This document shows positions 28,201-36,940 of a DNA stretch of 64,000 nucleotides, piece by piece. Both the position numbers and the translations under genes were made by a program. Within the stretch, counting starts at the first letter, position 1. Each line of letters starts with the position of its first letter. The DNA comes from Synechococcales cyanobacterium T60_A2020_003 (lineage in GTDB: Bacteria > Cyanobacteriota > Cyanobacteriia > RECH01), in contig JACYMB010000142.1 in NCBI GenBank assembly GCA_015272205.1, positions 2,381 through 66,380 of the forward strand, in the 5' to 3' direction. Under the pieces are notes generated by a model. The model saw only the letters and a list, made by a program, of their open reading frames with translations, did no database searches and was not told where the DNA came from.

Positions 28201-28371
28201 CAAATTACCCTGACGCTGTTGCGCCATCCCCAAGATTTGCCAGGTCTGAGCCTCGATCTCGGAGTCGTTTACATCCGTTAAGAGTTGCCGACAGGTTTGC
28301 TCGGCCTGGGCAAATTGTCCAGTTTGGTATTGCTGATTGGCAAGACGGAGGGCTTGGGATACGTCGCGCAT
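25279..28371 (-). CDS. TPR repeats + GT9-like domain + GT4/GT1-type glycosyltransferase domain fusion protein
   Basis: About 330 aa of tandem 34-aa TPRs. A GT9-like module follows (ILLHAEQGFGDTIQFIRYAP...DTSVAHLAGALGRPVWVLL), then a Pro/Ser linker (SSPLPPSPPSPP), then a GT4-like module (..FSGGKLEYRKGQDL...FPNRAEGGTNLAAMECLACGVP). Confidence 0.8.
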   Translation of the reverse strand: MRDVSQALRLANQQYQTGQFAQAEQTCRQLLTDVNDSEIEAQTWQILGMAQQRQGNLDGAIASYQQAIALNPSDVRNYNNLGTAFRALNRPTEAIASYQQALEHRPNYPEAHNNLANLCRQQGQLEEAIAHYQKALELQPGLVDAMHGLGSVYHQQEQYEKAIAWFQKAIAQNPKNPDVLNNLGNTLQRLKKFDLAIECYRRAIALRKTDPAFFNNLGAALQELGRVEESVVAYQHAIQLQPTYADAYYNLGNNYKEQDRLEDAVRVYETAIALRPDYPAAYNNLGLVLFERNQLDESIATYQKAIALRADYPDGHLNMGLSLLQAGDLAAGFREYEWRWLVKGPNFKPARVFPQPQWDGGDLDGQTILLHAEQGFGDTIQFIRYAPLIVQRGGRVVVECQQPLVRLLASMEAIAQCVPRGATLPDFDVHAPIMSLPHRFGTTLDSVPAQIPYLTAPDAPRLPLSETGRPRVGIVWAGSPGNMNDRRRSVRFQDIQPLLEVDSIEFICLQKEVRPEEEALVQAAIQAGQLQDGRSLLGDFADTAAILNQLDLIVTVDTSVAHLAGALGRPVWVLLSYAPDWRWMLDREDSPWYPTARLFRQFQPGHLQSVIQSVLNALQSHFPTSSPLPPSPPSPPAQLIALGWQITPATGWGVYGMNLALQLLKAGYAPVPLLPPMRVPSASFNPLHWTLIRPFFAYQQKIAETLKQQPDGVTGNFLLLRGLGNQVRTSPDLERISGRSNVGVIFFENTQLSPEAIARAQSYDLIVTGSRWNDEVLRSYGCTNVRTVFQGIDPAIFHPAPSNRLFGDRFVIFSGGKLEYRKGQDLVVAAFRIFQARHPDALLLTAWHNFWPKTMVGLEQAGHVTELPAMDTNGQLQLTEWLVQQGIPARAVVDLGAIPNHLVGQVVREVDVAVFPNRAEGGTNLAAMECLACGVPTILSANTGHLDLIATNPDHCYVLRDQRPVKPIQEFPGTDGWGESRVEEIVERLEQAYGDRSQAKTIGQRGAAFMQHWTWSQQTHKLLEILSPLL

Positions 28372-28435
28372 AGATTCTCAGTAGCGGTTCTCTTCAGATT
28401 TTGCCAACTGAATTTCGAGATCACCCAATTTTGTG

Positions 28436-28472
28436 AACAAAAAACACGAAGGCCCCCAAATCGGAAGCCTTC
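28436..28472 (-). terminator. Intrinsic terminator after the VKOR gene
   Basis: Minus strand reads gaaggcttccgatttgggggccttc followed by gtgttttttgtt. It begins 25 nt after the stop. Confidence 0.65.
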
Positions 28473-28496
28473 TTTCTATCTAAGCTGAGGATTGAC

Positions 28497-29432
28497 CTAA
28501 TTCTGGAAGTTGCTTGGCCCTTGATAACCCGATAATTCGGCTAAGCGTGCCAGAGTCTGAGTCCCAGCGTAAAACTGGCCGTTAATTTCCCAGGTTGGGA
28601 ATCCTTGGACATTTTCACTCTGCTCTTGACACAACGCAGTTTGAGAATTGGCTCCATCCGGCGCACATTCGATGTAGGTCAGTTCCGCAACAGCTTGCTT
28701 GCCAAACAATTGCTTCTGGTCGTGACAGTGCGGACACCAGTAGGCTCCATACATCTTGGCTCCAATGGAGGTTAGATGCTTCGCAAGGCCAATTTCCGAC
28801 TCCCCAGAGCTGGTGGTAATGGGCAAACCCAGTTGCCCCCCATCTTCGGCAACGACTGGCGGCGGCGGATTTTCGATGTGGTTATAAATACCCAAAGTTC
28901 CGACTAACGTGACGACTACAACGATGAGCCCCGAAAAGACGAGCTGGCCTTTATCTGCCCAGGCTCGACCAAAGATAGTCAGCAAGAACATACTGAGGCT
29001 AAAGGTAGCAGAGGCAATACAGTACGGACAAGCAGCCTGAAGCTTAAAGGCCAGCACGTACATCAGGTAACCGCTGAAGGTCGCCATGGCAGTTGCCCCC
29101 AGAAATAGGAGCAACCACGTCCAGGTTTCAACTTTGTACCGTAAGTCTTTTTGCGTTTCTGGGTTGATCAGTAGGGGCGCGATCGCCATGATGCCCATTG
29201 ACGCATAGCCCAAAAATCCAAAGAGGGTCAAAGGCAGTCCAAACACCTCGGCATAGGGGCTAGACAAGACCTGGTCACAACTCTTCGTGGGACAGCTTGC
29301 AGCGTCTCCTGAAAGTTTAACAATCGTCAGATATGCAGTCCCTATAGCTCCAACGGCTGCGATCGCCGCAATAATTAGGCGCGACCGACGCTGAAGCCAG
29401 GACGTTTGTTGACGGCGACGGCTCATAAGCAT
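28497..29432 (-). CDS. Vitamin K epoxide reductase (VKOR) domain fused to a thioredoxin-like domain
   Basis: Polytopic N-terminus with Cys pairs (C..KSC, CPYC) and a C-terminal Trx-like domain with WCPHC. Confidence 0.8.
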   Translation of the reverse strand: MLMSRRRQQTSWLQRRSRLIIAAIAAVGAIGTAYLTIVKLSGDAASCPTKSCDQVLSSPYAEVFGLPLTLFGFLGYASMGIMAIAPLLINPETQKDLRYKVETWTWLLLFLGATAMATFSGYLMYVLAFKLQAACPYCIASATFSLSMFLLTIFGRAWADKGQLVFSGLIVVVVTLVGTLGIYNHIENPPPPVVAEDGGQLGLPITTSSGESEIGLAKHLTSIGAKMYGAYWCPHCHDQKQLFGKQAVAELTYIECAPDGANSQTALCQEQSENVQGFPTWEINGQFYAGTQTLARLAELSGYQGPSNFQN

Positions 29433-29710
29433 TCACCTATGGGAACAGGCTAACAACACACTAAAACAATACAAGAGTTCACAGCAAATGGAACTGTGAA
29501 CGGAAAAACGTTGATATTTCAAAGGATAGCTTGCTGCTGGCTGCAACCTGGCGACTCTGATAAAGCCGATGTGCAGGTTAGGCAACTATCCTATCCTACT
29601 TGAGACGAGGAGTGGACACTGTCTCTAGTGAACGATGACTTTCCCGCTCCTATCCTAACCTTGCCATCCTCTCCGAGCCGAATTCCACCGTTTCTCTTTA
29701 CAGAGTTGAT

Positions 29711-30565
29711 TTACAGAGTTGATACGGGAACAGACTTCGGAGCCTCGACTGTCTGAGGCTTCTTCTCAATTCCCTGCTGCATGGATTCGATAAATTGTCC
29801 GACGCGGATGGGATCAATCGGCTGATCAATCTGGCCACGACGTTTCAGCGAACTCGATACAATGACGCCATCCGCCGCCTGAATCAATCGCGGAATATTT
29901 TCCCAATCCGCACCACTGCCAATAAATACAGGCGTTCCGTTTGCGGCAGCCGTCGCCAGTTCTAGATCTTCCAAACTGGGCGGACTTCCCGTTGTCCAGC
30001 CGGAAAGAATCACCCCATCGGCCAATCCCCGCTCGATGGTTTCCTGAACCGCCGTGGTTAGATTGGGAGAAACGAGCGGTCGGGCGTGTTTTACCAACAC
30101 ATCTGCAAAAATCTTGACATCGCTACCGAGTTCGCGCCGATAGCGCAACAGTTTGTGCGCCTGCCCTTCAATTAAGCCTTGATCGGTTGCCATGACTCCG
30201 GTGAGGACGTTGACGCGGATAAACTGTGCGTCTGCACAGGTGGCGATCGCCATGGCACTACACGCATCATTCCGCAGCACATTCACCCCAATGGGTAAGG
30301 TAACCAGTTGCTTCAGACGCTGAATCACAATGCTAAATGCGCTCACAACGGCTGGGTCAACCAGATCTTTAACAAAGGGTGCGTCAAAGAAATTTTCAAC
30401 AATGATCCCGTGCGCTCCACCGGAGGCTAACGCAGTGGCCTCTTGCTCGGCACGCTCAATAACAGCGCTCAGACTACCACCCCAACGTGGAGACGTTGGC
30501 AGTGGCAAGAGGTGAATGACACCAATAACAGGATTGTTTGTTTTGAACGTTTGCTTTAAGTCCAC
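29711..30565 (-). CDS. btpA: BtpA/SgcQ-family photosystem I biogenesis protein
   Basis: N-terminus ...NPVIGVIHLLPLPTSPRWGG and the overall TIM-barrel-type pattern typical of BtpA. GTG start. Confidence 0.85.
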   Translation of the reverse strand: MDLKQTFKTNNPVIGVIHLLPLPTSPRWGGSLSAVIERAEQEATALASGGAHGIIVENFFDAPFVKDLVDPAVVSAFSIVIQRLKQLVTLPIGVNVLRNDACSAMAIATCADAQFIRVNVLTGVMATDQGLIEGQAHKLLRYRRELGSDVKIFADVLVKHARPLVSPNLTTAVQETIERGLADGVILSGWTTGSPPSLEDLELATAAANGTPVFIGSGADWENIPRLIQAADGVIVSSSLKRRGQIDQPIDPIRVGQFIESMQQGIEKKPQTVEAPKSVPVSTL

Positions 30566-31267
30566 GGGTCTAACATTATTCGGACTATTTGGCCTCAGTA
30601 TACGGACAGCGTAACGCCAAGAACAATGTTGCCAACTCTTGCAAATGGGAATGTCTGCAATTGAGGCTACTAGATAACAATGTTCGACTCAGAAAAGCCA
30701 CTGGAACTTAGGAAAAGCTGACTTTTCCCACGTTCTATGAGCCTTTGAGGGCGATCGCACGCCTAATCCTGGAGTTTCCGAAATCTCATCTTAACTCCAT
30801 TGGTTCCTCAGTTCATCTGAAAAATCCAGTCCATAAGAAGACGCTGGGGTATTGAGACGCACTGATATGTCTAACTGTAACAGTAATCTGGAACCGAAAT
30901 GTCTCAAGGGATGGTCATTCATCGGAATTTGATATCCAGCAGAATCTGTTTCCGTGGTTTCTAGTCCATTGGAACTTCAAAATTCAGCGATCGCCCACAG
31001 GGGATGCACCGAGGCGATTTGCTCGGCATCATGGCAACCCCAGAGGACTCTTACCAAGGGGCTAGCTCTATTTTGGCGTGCAGATTCCATCTTGGATCGG
31101 GCTAATTGTCAGAGTTCGATTATGTAGCAAGGCTGAACCCCCACAGGCTGGAGGGCGACCACCGTTACCATCCCCTCACCGCCTCGTCGGACGGACTATC
31201 CTATAGATAGGGCGTCTATCGAGTTGGCCATCTTTCCAGCGTTCTCGTCCCTTGATGGAGGTTTCCC

Positions 31268-32155
31268 ATGCGATCGCCTCTTCCCCTTCTTTCCATTGGC
31301 CTCTTGTGGGCTATGCAGATTACCCCCAGCTATGCTGCCAACGGGAATCTGCCAGCAAGTAATGATGTTCAGTCCTCCCCGGCGGCGATCGCCCAATGGA
31401 CGCAAGATCAGGAGGAGCGGTTCGAGACTCAGAGAGAGGAAGACCGTCAGCGGGCGATGGATCAACACGATCAGATGCGCCAACAGTTGCAAAATGCCCA
31501 GGACGAGTGGCGTAATGATTTACGCGAGTGGCGAACTCGGCGCGAGGAACAGAACGACCATCTCCGAGAGTATTGGGAAGATGAGTATCACCATTACTAC
31601 GGCGATAGCGAGGATCGCTATATTGATGATCATCTGTATCGTTCCTATGGCGATCGCCCACCGTGGAACATCGGCGACTGGACATTTCGACTGTACTACG
31701 GCGACGAGGACTTTGGCCTTTACTACGGCTCCTCGTTTCTAGACAATCCTTGGCGCTATCCCTACCGCTACGATGACGATTCATACTACTACGAGCCATC
31801 CATCATCGATCGGGTTTACGTGCCGTATCCTATCCCTACCTTTGGCAACAATAGTTTGGTGCAGGTAGAGCTTGTTTCCGGAAGCCTCAGCGATGTGACT
31901 GTGATACTGACGGGGCAGGATGGAAGCCAGCAACTGGCCTTTGATGCCTCAAATTCCACCCAATCTATTTATTTGGCTGCAGGCACGTACCAAGTTGCGT
32001 TCGTGAATCCGTCAAACAATCGCACCTGGCTTTCTGGTTATCTGGATCTGGGGTTCAGTCCTGCTATCCAAATTGAGTTTAACCAAAGTACCGAAACAGC
32101 AACCCTCTACGGCGATCCCTATGCGTGGCGGAGTGCGTCGGACGAGTATCGATAG
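31268..32155 (+). CDS. Secreted protein with an extremely D/E/R/Y/W-rich central region, function unknown
   Basis: Signal peptide MRSPLPLLSIGLLWAMQITPSYA. Charged/aromatic low-complexity middle (YYGD repeats). The C-terminal ~100 aa look like a beta-rich domain. Confidence 0.6.
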   Translation: MRSPLPLLSIGLLWAMQITPSYAANGNLPASNDVQSSPAAIAQWTQDQEERFETQREEDRQRAMDQHDQMRQQLQNAQDEWRNDLREWRTRREEQNDHLREYWEDEYHHYYGDSEDRYIDDHLYRSYGDRPPWNIGDWTFRLYYGDEDFGLYYGSSFLDNPWRYPYRYDDDSYYYEPSIIDRVYVPYPIPTFGNNSLVQVELVSGSLSDVTVILTGQDGSQQLAFDASNSTQSIYLAAGTYQVAFVNPSNNRTWLSGYLDLGFSPAIQIEFNQSTETATLYGDPYAWRSASDEYR

Positions 32156-32167
32156 CCTCACTGGACG

Positions 32168-32956
32168 CTAAAACCAAGACAGTTGCTGATCGCCGCGTTG
32201 CTCTAGAATCACCCGTTCTACATCGCCCCGACGAAACATCCAGGTTTTAGACTTGCCCTGTCCCACCAATCGACCCTCTGCTCCAGCGGATTGGAGGTGC
32301 GATCGCGCTACGGAAGGACGATATCCCATCAATCGTGCTGCATATTTCAGCGGGAGCCACTGCTGGGCAAAGCGTTGCAGTAATTCCTCATCGGATTCGT
32401 TCACAATTTCGGTGAGGAGCCGTTCTGCGAGTAACCAACAGGCTTGAGTGTCCGCTTCTGCCCGATGGGACGCTCCTACAGAGAAGTTGAAGTGCTGCAC
32501 TAAGTTGGGCAAACTGCGCGATCGCAGCTCTGGCAGCATCAGGCGCGCAAGCTGCACCGTACAGAGCCGCTCATCCTCCGAGCGCTCAAACTCAATGTCG
32601 AGCTGCTGAAATTCAGATTGGAGGAAGGCGTAGTCAAACTCCAGATTATGGGCAGTGAGGGTGCCACGCTGGACACTAGGCAAATAAGCAGGAAAGACCT
32701 CGGCGCTGGGCGGTGCCGTATCCACCATCGCTTGGGAAATGCCCGTAAACCGGGTAATCGGTGGCGGAACGATAACCCCTGGATTGATCAGACTTGTTCG
32801 CTGGGTAATCACACCATCGGTCAAACTGGCCTGGAGAACAGACAACTCAATCACACGGCTCTTAATCGGATAAATGCCTGTCGTTTCGACATCAACGACC
32901 GTAAAAACCGCTTGGCTAAGGTGACGATAGTGGTTCAGAAGATCGAAAGAAAGCAT
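32168..32956 (-). CDS. DnaQ-like 3'-5' exonuclease (DEDDh) with a C-terminal extension
   Basis: Exo motifs FTVVDVETTG, AHNLEFDYAFL and HRAEADT. Confidence 0.8.
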   Translation of the reverse strand: MLSFDLLNHYRHLSQAVFTVVDVETTGIYPIKSRVIELSVLQASLTDGVITQRTSLINPGVIVPPPITRFTGISQAMVDTAPPSAEVFPAYLPSVQRGTLTAHNLEFDYAFLQSEFQQLDIEFERSEDERLCTVQLARLMLPELRSRSLPNLVQHFNFSVGASHRAEADTQACWLLAERLLTEIVNESDEELLQRFAQQWLPLKYAARLMGYRPSVARSHLQSAGAEGRLVGQGKSKTWMFRRGDVERVILEQRGDQQLSWF

Positions 32957-33032
32957 GGGATCAATAACGTGGCAACCTGCTCCAATGCAAGTGCCACGTT
33001 AGCTTAAGGGATTCTATTCAACCCGGCAAGAC

Positions 33033-34454
33033 CTAGCGGGTTGGCGAAGACGATGCCCGACGCGGACGTGGAAACTTGGAGCGCGATCGCGAACGAGAGG
33101 AACGTTCTCCAGACTCGGCGGGTTGCTGCTCCTCGGCGGCACCAGAATCAACCCGCATCCAGGAAGGACGTGTTTGATCGTAGGCCATCTGGAGAGCAGC
33201 CGCAGCGATCATGTGTGGTTCAAACTCTTCGCTGAGCTGAGCCACGATTGGCAGGAACGACGCCATTCGTTCTCCGGCCAGGGCTTCCCGAACGCGAGTC
33301 TGCAAATGATTAAGCTGGCGAGCTTCAATCTCTGCCCGTGTTGGAATTTGCCCCCATTCCAGCTTTTGGCGAATGTGGGACTCGATATCCCGCAGCTTGC
33401 GCTTATCCAACGGATGAACGATCGAAATCGCCACGCCTTCTTTACCCGCCCGTCCGGTTCGGCCAATGCGGTGAACGTAGTTTTCAACGCTATCGGGCAA
33501 ATCCACGTTAACCACATGGCTGAGATCATCCACATGGAGACCTCTGGCAGCAATATCCGTTGCCACCACCCAACGCACCTGACGTTGGCGGAACCGCAGC
33601 AAGAGACGTTCCCGCTGGGACTGGCTGAGATCGCCATGATACTCATCGACGCTGTGACCTGCAGCTTGGAGCTGACGAGTTAATTCCGCAGCAGCGCGGC
33701 GTGTTCGGACGAAGATCAGGGCGGATTCCGGATCTTCGAGTTCTAGAATCGGCTGTAAGGCGCGAACCTTAGACCACCCACGGGGGGTCATATACGCCCG
33801 CTGAATGATGCGGTTAGGAGCTGCTTTGGGTTGCTCAACGGTCACCGTGACGGGCGATCGCAAAAACTTAGCGGCCAATTCCCGAATTTCAGGAGCCATC
33901 GTTGCGGAGAAGAAAGCCGTTTGCCGCTCCGACGGAGACTGACTCAAAATCTGTTCAACATCTTTGATAAAGCCCATGTTCAGCATTTCATCGGCTTCAT
34001 CTAAGACCAACCAGTTCAGCTTCGACAGGGTGAGATCCCCCCGACCGAGCAGATCTAGAATCCGTCCGGGCGTGCCCACAATTAGATGTACACCCCGCTG
34101 AAGGCGTGAGATTTGGCGATCGATCGCCTGCCCGCCATACACGGCCATAACCTGAAGACGGCGATCGCCATTGAGACCCCGAATCGACTGGCAAACCTGT
34201 TCGGCCAGCTCGCGGGTTGGGGTGAGTACCAGCGCCTGCACTGCACGATTACCCAAATCAATCTGCTCCAGAATTGGGAGCGAAAACGCAGCGGTTTTTC
34301 CGGTTCCGGTTTGCGCCTGTCCGACTACATCGCGCCCAGAGAGAAGATGGGGGATCGCCTGAGCCTGGATAGCCGTAGGCTGCGTGAAGCCCAATTGCTC
34401 CAGATGATGAACGCGCGCCTCGGATAAGCCTAGACTTTTAAATGAAATCGTCAT
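33033..34454 (-). CDS. crhR: DEAD-box RNA helicase
   Basis: AQTGTGKTAAF, DEAD, SAT and HRIGRTGRAG motifs. Start placed at the ATG (MTISFKSLGL), 16 nt after the rimO stop. The symbol rests on the rimO-crhR synteny known from Synechocystis. Confidence 0.8.
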   Translation of the reverse strand: MTISFKSLGLSEARVHHLEQLGFTQPTAIQAQAIPHLLSGRDVVGQAQTGTGKTAAFSLPILEQIDLGNRAVQALVLTPTRELAEQVCQSIRGLNGDRRLQVMAVYGGQAIDRQISRLQRGVHLIVGTPGRILDLLGRGDLTLSKLNWLVLDEADEMLNMGFIKDVEQILSQSPSERQTAFFSATMAPEIRELAAKFLRSPVTVTVEQPKAAPNRIIQRAYMTPRGWSKVRALQPILELEDPESALIFVRTRRAAAELTRQLQAAGHSVDEYHGDLSQSQRERLLLRFRQRQVRWVVATDIAARGLHVDDLSHVVNVDLPDSVENYVHRIGRTGRAGKEGVAISIVHPLDKRKLRDIESHIRQKLEWGQIPTRAEIEARQLNHLQTRVREALAGERMASFLPIVAQLSEEFEPHMIAAAALQMAYDQTRPSWMRVDSGAAEEQQPAESGERSSRSRSRSKFPRPRRASSSPTR

Positions 34455-34470
34455 TGAGTCTCCTTCTATA

Positions 34471-35832
34471 TCAACAAGCCGAGACACGGCTGAGCGCGCC
34501 TCTCAACTGGGTTTGAGCATCTGCGATTTGACCATAGAGGTCGTACACATCTGCGTCGGTGATTTCAACGGGAACAATAGAGCCAAGGCGAGCCTCACCT
34601 TGAACGTAAACTACACCGTCTACATCCGGTGCAAAGCGAGCTGAGCGTCCCACCAGCACTCCGGTCTCTGGATGTTCTTGTTCGATCAGAACATCAACAA
34701 CCCGATTAATCTCGGCCTGATTGCGCTTTAGGGAAATGGGCTGCTGTAGTGCCATCAGGGCATCGCGACGCTCATCCATGATCGCTTGGGGGATTTGATC
34801 GGGCAAGTCGTAGGCTGGCGTTCCCTCTTCGGGGGAGAAGGTAAAGACGCCAACGTGATCAAACTCGTGACGCTGGACGAACGCCATCAAATGCTGGAAA
34901 TGCGCATCCGTTTCGCCCGGAAAGCCAACGATAAACGTCGTCCGTAGCACCGCGTTGGGTAGAGCCGTCTTGATACGCTCAATAATGCCGTCATTCACCC
35001 GACCCTGCCACGGACGATTCATCGCCCGCAAAATTTCAGGATGGGAATGCTGTAACGGCAGATCCAGATAGGGCAATACGTTAGGCGTGTCTCGAATCGC
35101 ATCCATCACCGCAGGCGTCAATCCGGTTGGGTAAGCGTAGTGCATCCGAATCCAGGGCACGTCCACCTTCCCTAAGGCTCGCAGCAACTCCGCCAGCCTG
35201 GGTTCACCATACAGATCCAAACCGTAGTTGGTTGTAATCTGGGAGATGAGGACGATCTCCTGAACGCCTTCCGCTGCCAGTTGCTCTGCTTCCGCCACAA
35301 TGGATTCGATCGATCGCGATCGCTGATTTCCGCGCAGATGCGGAATGATGCAGAATGCACAGCGATAGTCGCAGCCCTCGGCAACCCGGAGGTAAGCAAC
35401 CCCTTCAGTGGTGGTTCGGTAGCGAGGCACGGTTTCGTCGGCAATATAGGTGGGTTCGGGCGTGATTTCCCGCACCCGCTCGCCAGCCTCAGCCCGCTCA
35501 ATCACCTGAACGATCTTGCCGTAATCTCCAGTGCCAACAACCGCCACCGCTTCGGGCAGTTCCTCAAGAAGCTGCTCCTGAAAGTGCTGCGCCATGCAGC
35601 CTGTAATCACAATCTTCTTATTCGCTTCTGCCAGCTCCACCAAGGTCTGCACCGACTCTTCACGGGCAGCCTGAATAAAACTACAGGTATTGACAATGAC
35701 GTAATCGGCTAATTCTTCGTTGCTATCAACGTCGTACCCTGCCTGTACAAGCAGGCCCAGCATATGTTCGGTATCGACTCGGTTTTTCTCACACCCTAGG
35801 TGTGAGATTGCAATGGTTGGCTTATTGCCCAT
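34471..35832 (-). CDS. rimO: Ribosomal protein S12 methylthiotransferase
   Basis: N-terminal UPF0004 domain ([20 protein letters not shown]), radical-SAM CxxxCxxC (CDYRCAFC) and a C-terminal TRAM domain. Confidence 0.85.
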   Translation of the reverse strand: MGNKPTIAISHLGCEKNRVDTEHMLGLLVQAGYDVDSNEELADYVIVNTCSFIQAAREESVQTLVELAEANKKIVITGCMAQHFQEQLLEELPEAVAVVGTGDYGKIVQVIERAEAGERVREITPEPTYIADETVPRYRTTTEGVAYLRVAEGCDYRCAFCIIPHLRGNQRSRSIESIVAEAEQLAAEGVQEIVLISQITTNYGLDLYGEPRLAELLRALGKVDVPWIRMHYAYPTGLTPAVMDAIRDTPNVLPYLDLPLQHSHPEILRAMNRPWQGRVNDGIIERIKTALPNAVLRTTFIVGFPGETDAHFQHLMAFVQRHEFDHVGVFTFSPEEGTPAYDLPDQIPQAIMDERRDALMALQQPISLKRNQAEINRVVDVLIEQEHPETGVLVGRSARFAPDVDGVVYVQGEARLGSIVPVEITDADVYDLYGQIADAQTQLRGALSRVSAC

Positions 35833-36093
35833 GTAGCTTATGTCAACGATGTCGGGATCAGAAACAGACAGTATGAAAAGAACCTAGTGGTCTTCAATAA
35901 TTCCAAGGGTAAATGACTACTCAGTTAACCTCAGGGGTTCATACTTAAAACGTGCAGCGATCGCATTATGGCGAGTTCAGATCCTAACATCTGGCACCAG
36001 CCAGGACGATGCATACTATCAGGTGCGACCTCTGCGTAGTCGGTTGCCTATAAATACTAACCTAGAAAACACAACATAACTACACAAAATTTC

Positions 36094-36129
36094 AAAAAAG
36101 CCAGCAAACGCTGACGAAGATGCTAGGCT
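36094..36129 (-). terminator. Intrinsic terminator after the histidine phosphatase gene
   Basis: Minus strand reads agcctagc-atcttcgtcagcgtt-tgctggct followed by tttttt. Confidence 0.55.
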
Positions 36130-36163
36130 TATGAACCCCGTTATCGGTCCATTTAGGGTTCAA

Positions 36164-36802
36164 TTACGTGCCAGGGCGCGATCGCAACACCTCATCCATA
36201 TAGGCGCGATCGCCCAACCGCTGGAGCAACGGGCCATGAACGTCAAACTTGACCACACTCAAGGATGCAGCAGGGGTATCGATGCGATCGCGATATCGAC
36301 CTACATCAATTCCGAGGAGAGAACAGAGCATGATCCGAATCGTCGCTTTATGGGACACGACTAGGACGTTGCCCGTCTCATATTTTTCCTCAATTTCCGC
36401 AATCACTAAGGCCGCCCGACTGGCAATTTGCACTGATGTTTCGCCGCCCGTCGGTGGATTCCATGCAGGTTCCGTTAGCCAACGAACATAGTCATTTGGG
36501 TATTGAGTTCTAACCTCCTCAACGGTCTTACCTTCCCATTCTCCATAGGCCATTTCCTTCAACCCCTCCCGGAGTTGCATATCTAAGCCAACCGTGTCAC
36601 ATAACGGCTTCGCTGTGGCGACTGTCCGTTTCATGGGACTACAGTACACCGCATTCCACGGTGTATCTCGATGGGCTTCAGCAAAGGCCACTGCCATTTG
36701 GTGTCCCGCCGGGGTAAGGTCCGGATCCAGCATGCCGCAGTAGCCCCCCGTTTGGCTGTACACCGTTTCACCGTGCCGGAGAAGGTATAACGTTAGACTC
36801 AT
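36164..36802 (-). CDS. Histidine phosphatase (phosphoglycerate-mutase-like) family protein
   Basis: LYLLRHGET catalytic motif and a downstream SH..T motif (VVSHKATIR). Confidence 0.8.
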   Translation of the reverse strand: MSLTLYLLRHGETVYSQTGGYCGMLDPDLTPAGHQMAVAFAEAHRDTPWNAVYCSPMKRTVATAKPLCDTVGLDMQLREGLKEMAYGEWEGKTVEEVRTQYPNDYVRWLTEPAWNPPTGGETSVQIASRAALVIAEIEEKYETGNVLVVSHKATIRIMLCSLLGIDVGRYRDRIDTPAASLSVVKFDVHGPLLQRLGDRAYMDEVLRSRPGT

Positions 36803-36940
36803 AATAATCGCGATGTTGAAAGGACGGCGTTGCCCGAAGGTTCAATGCAGGCTCAATAGGACAGAAAACAGCCTTACGAATGGACGCAGGCTGTTTTGAA
36901 GGATGATAGCCAAAGTGAATCCGGTGAAATCGTTGCAGAT

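Noticed and set aside
31100-31125. A tRNA T-arm-like string (gagttcgatt).
   Set aside because: No acceptor stem, anticodon arm or D-arm can be built around it. I found no tRNA, rRNA, tmRNA, RNase P or SRP RNA signatures in the window.
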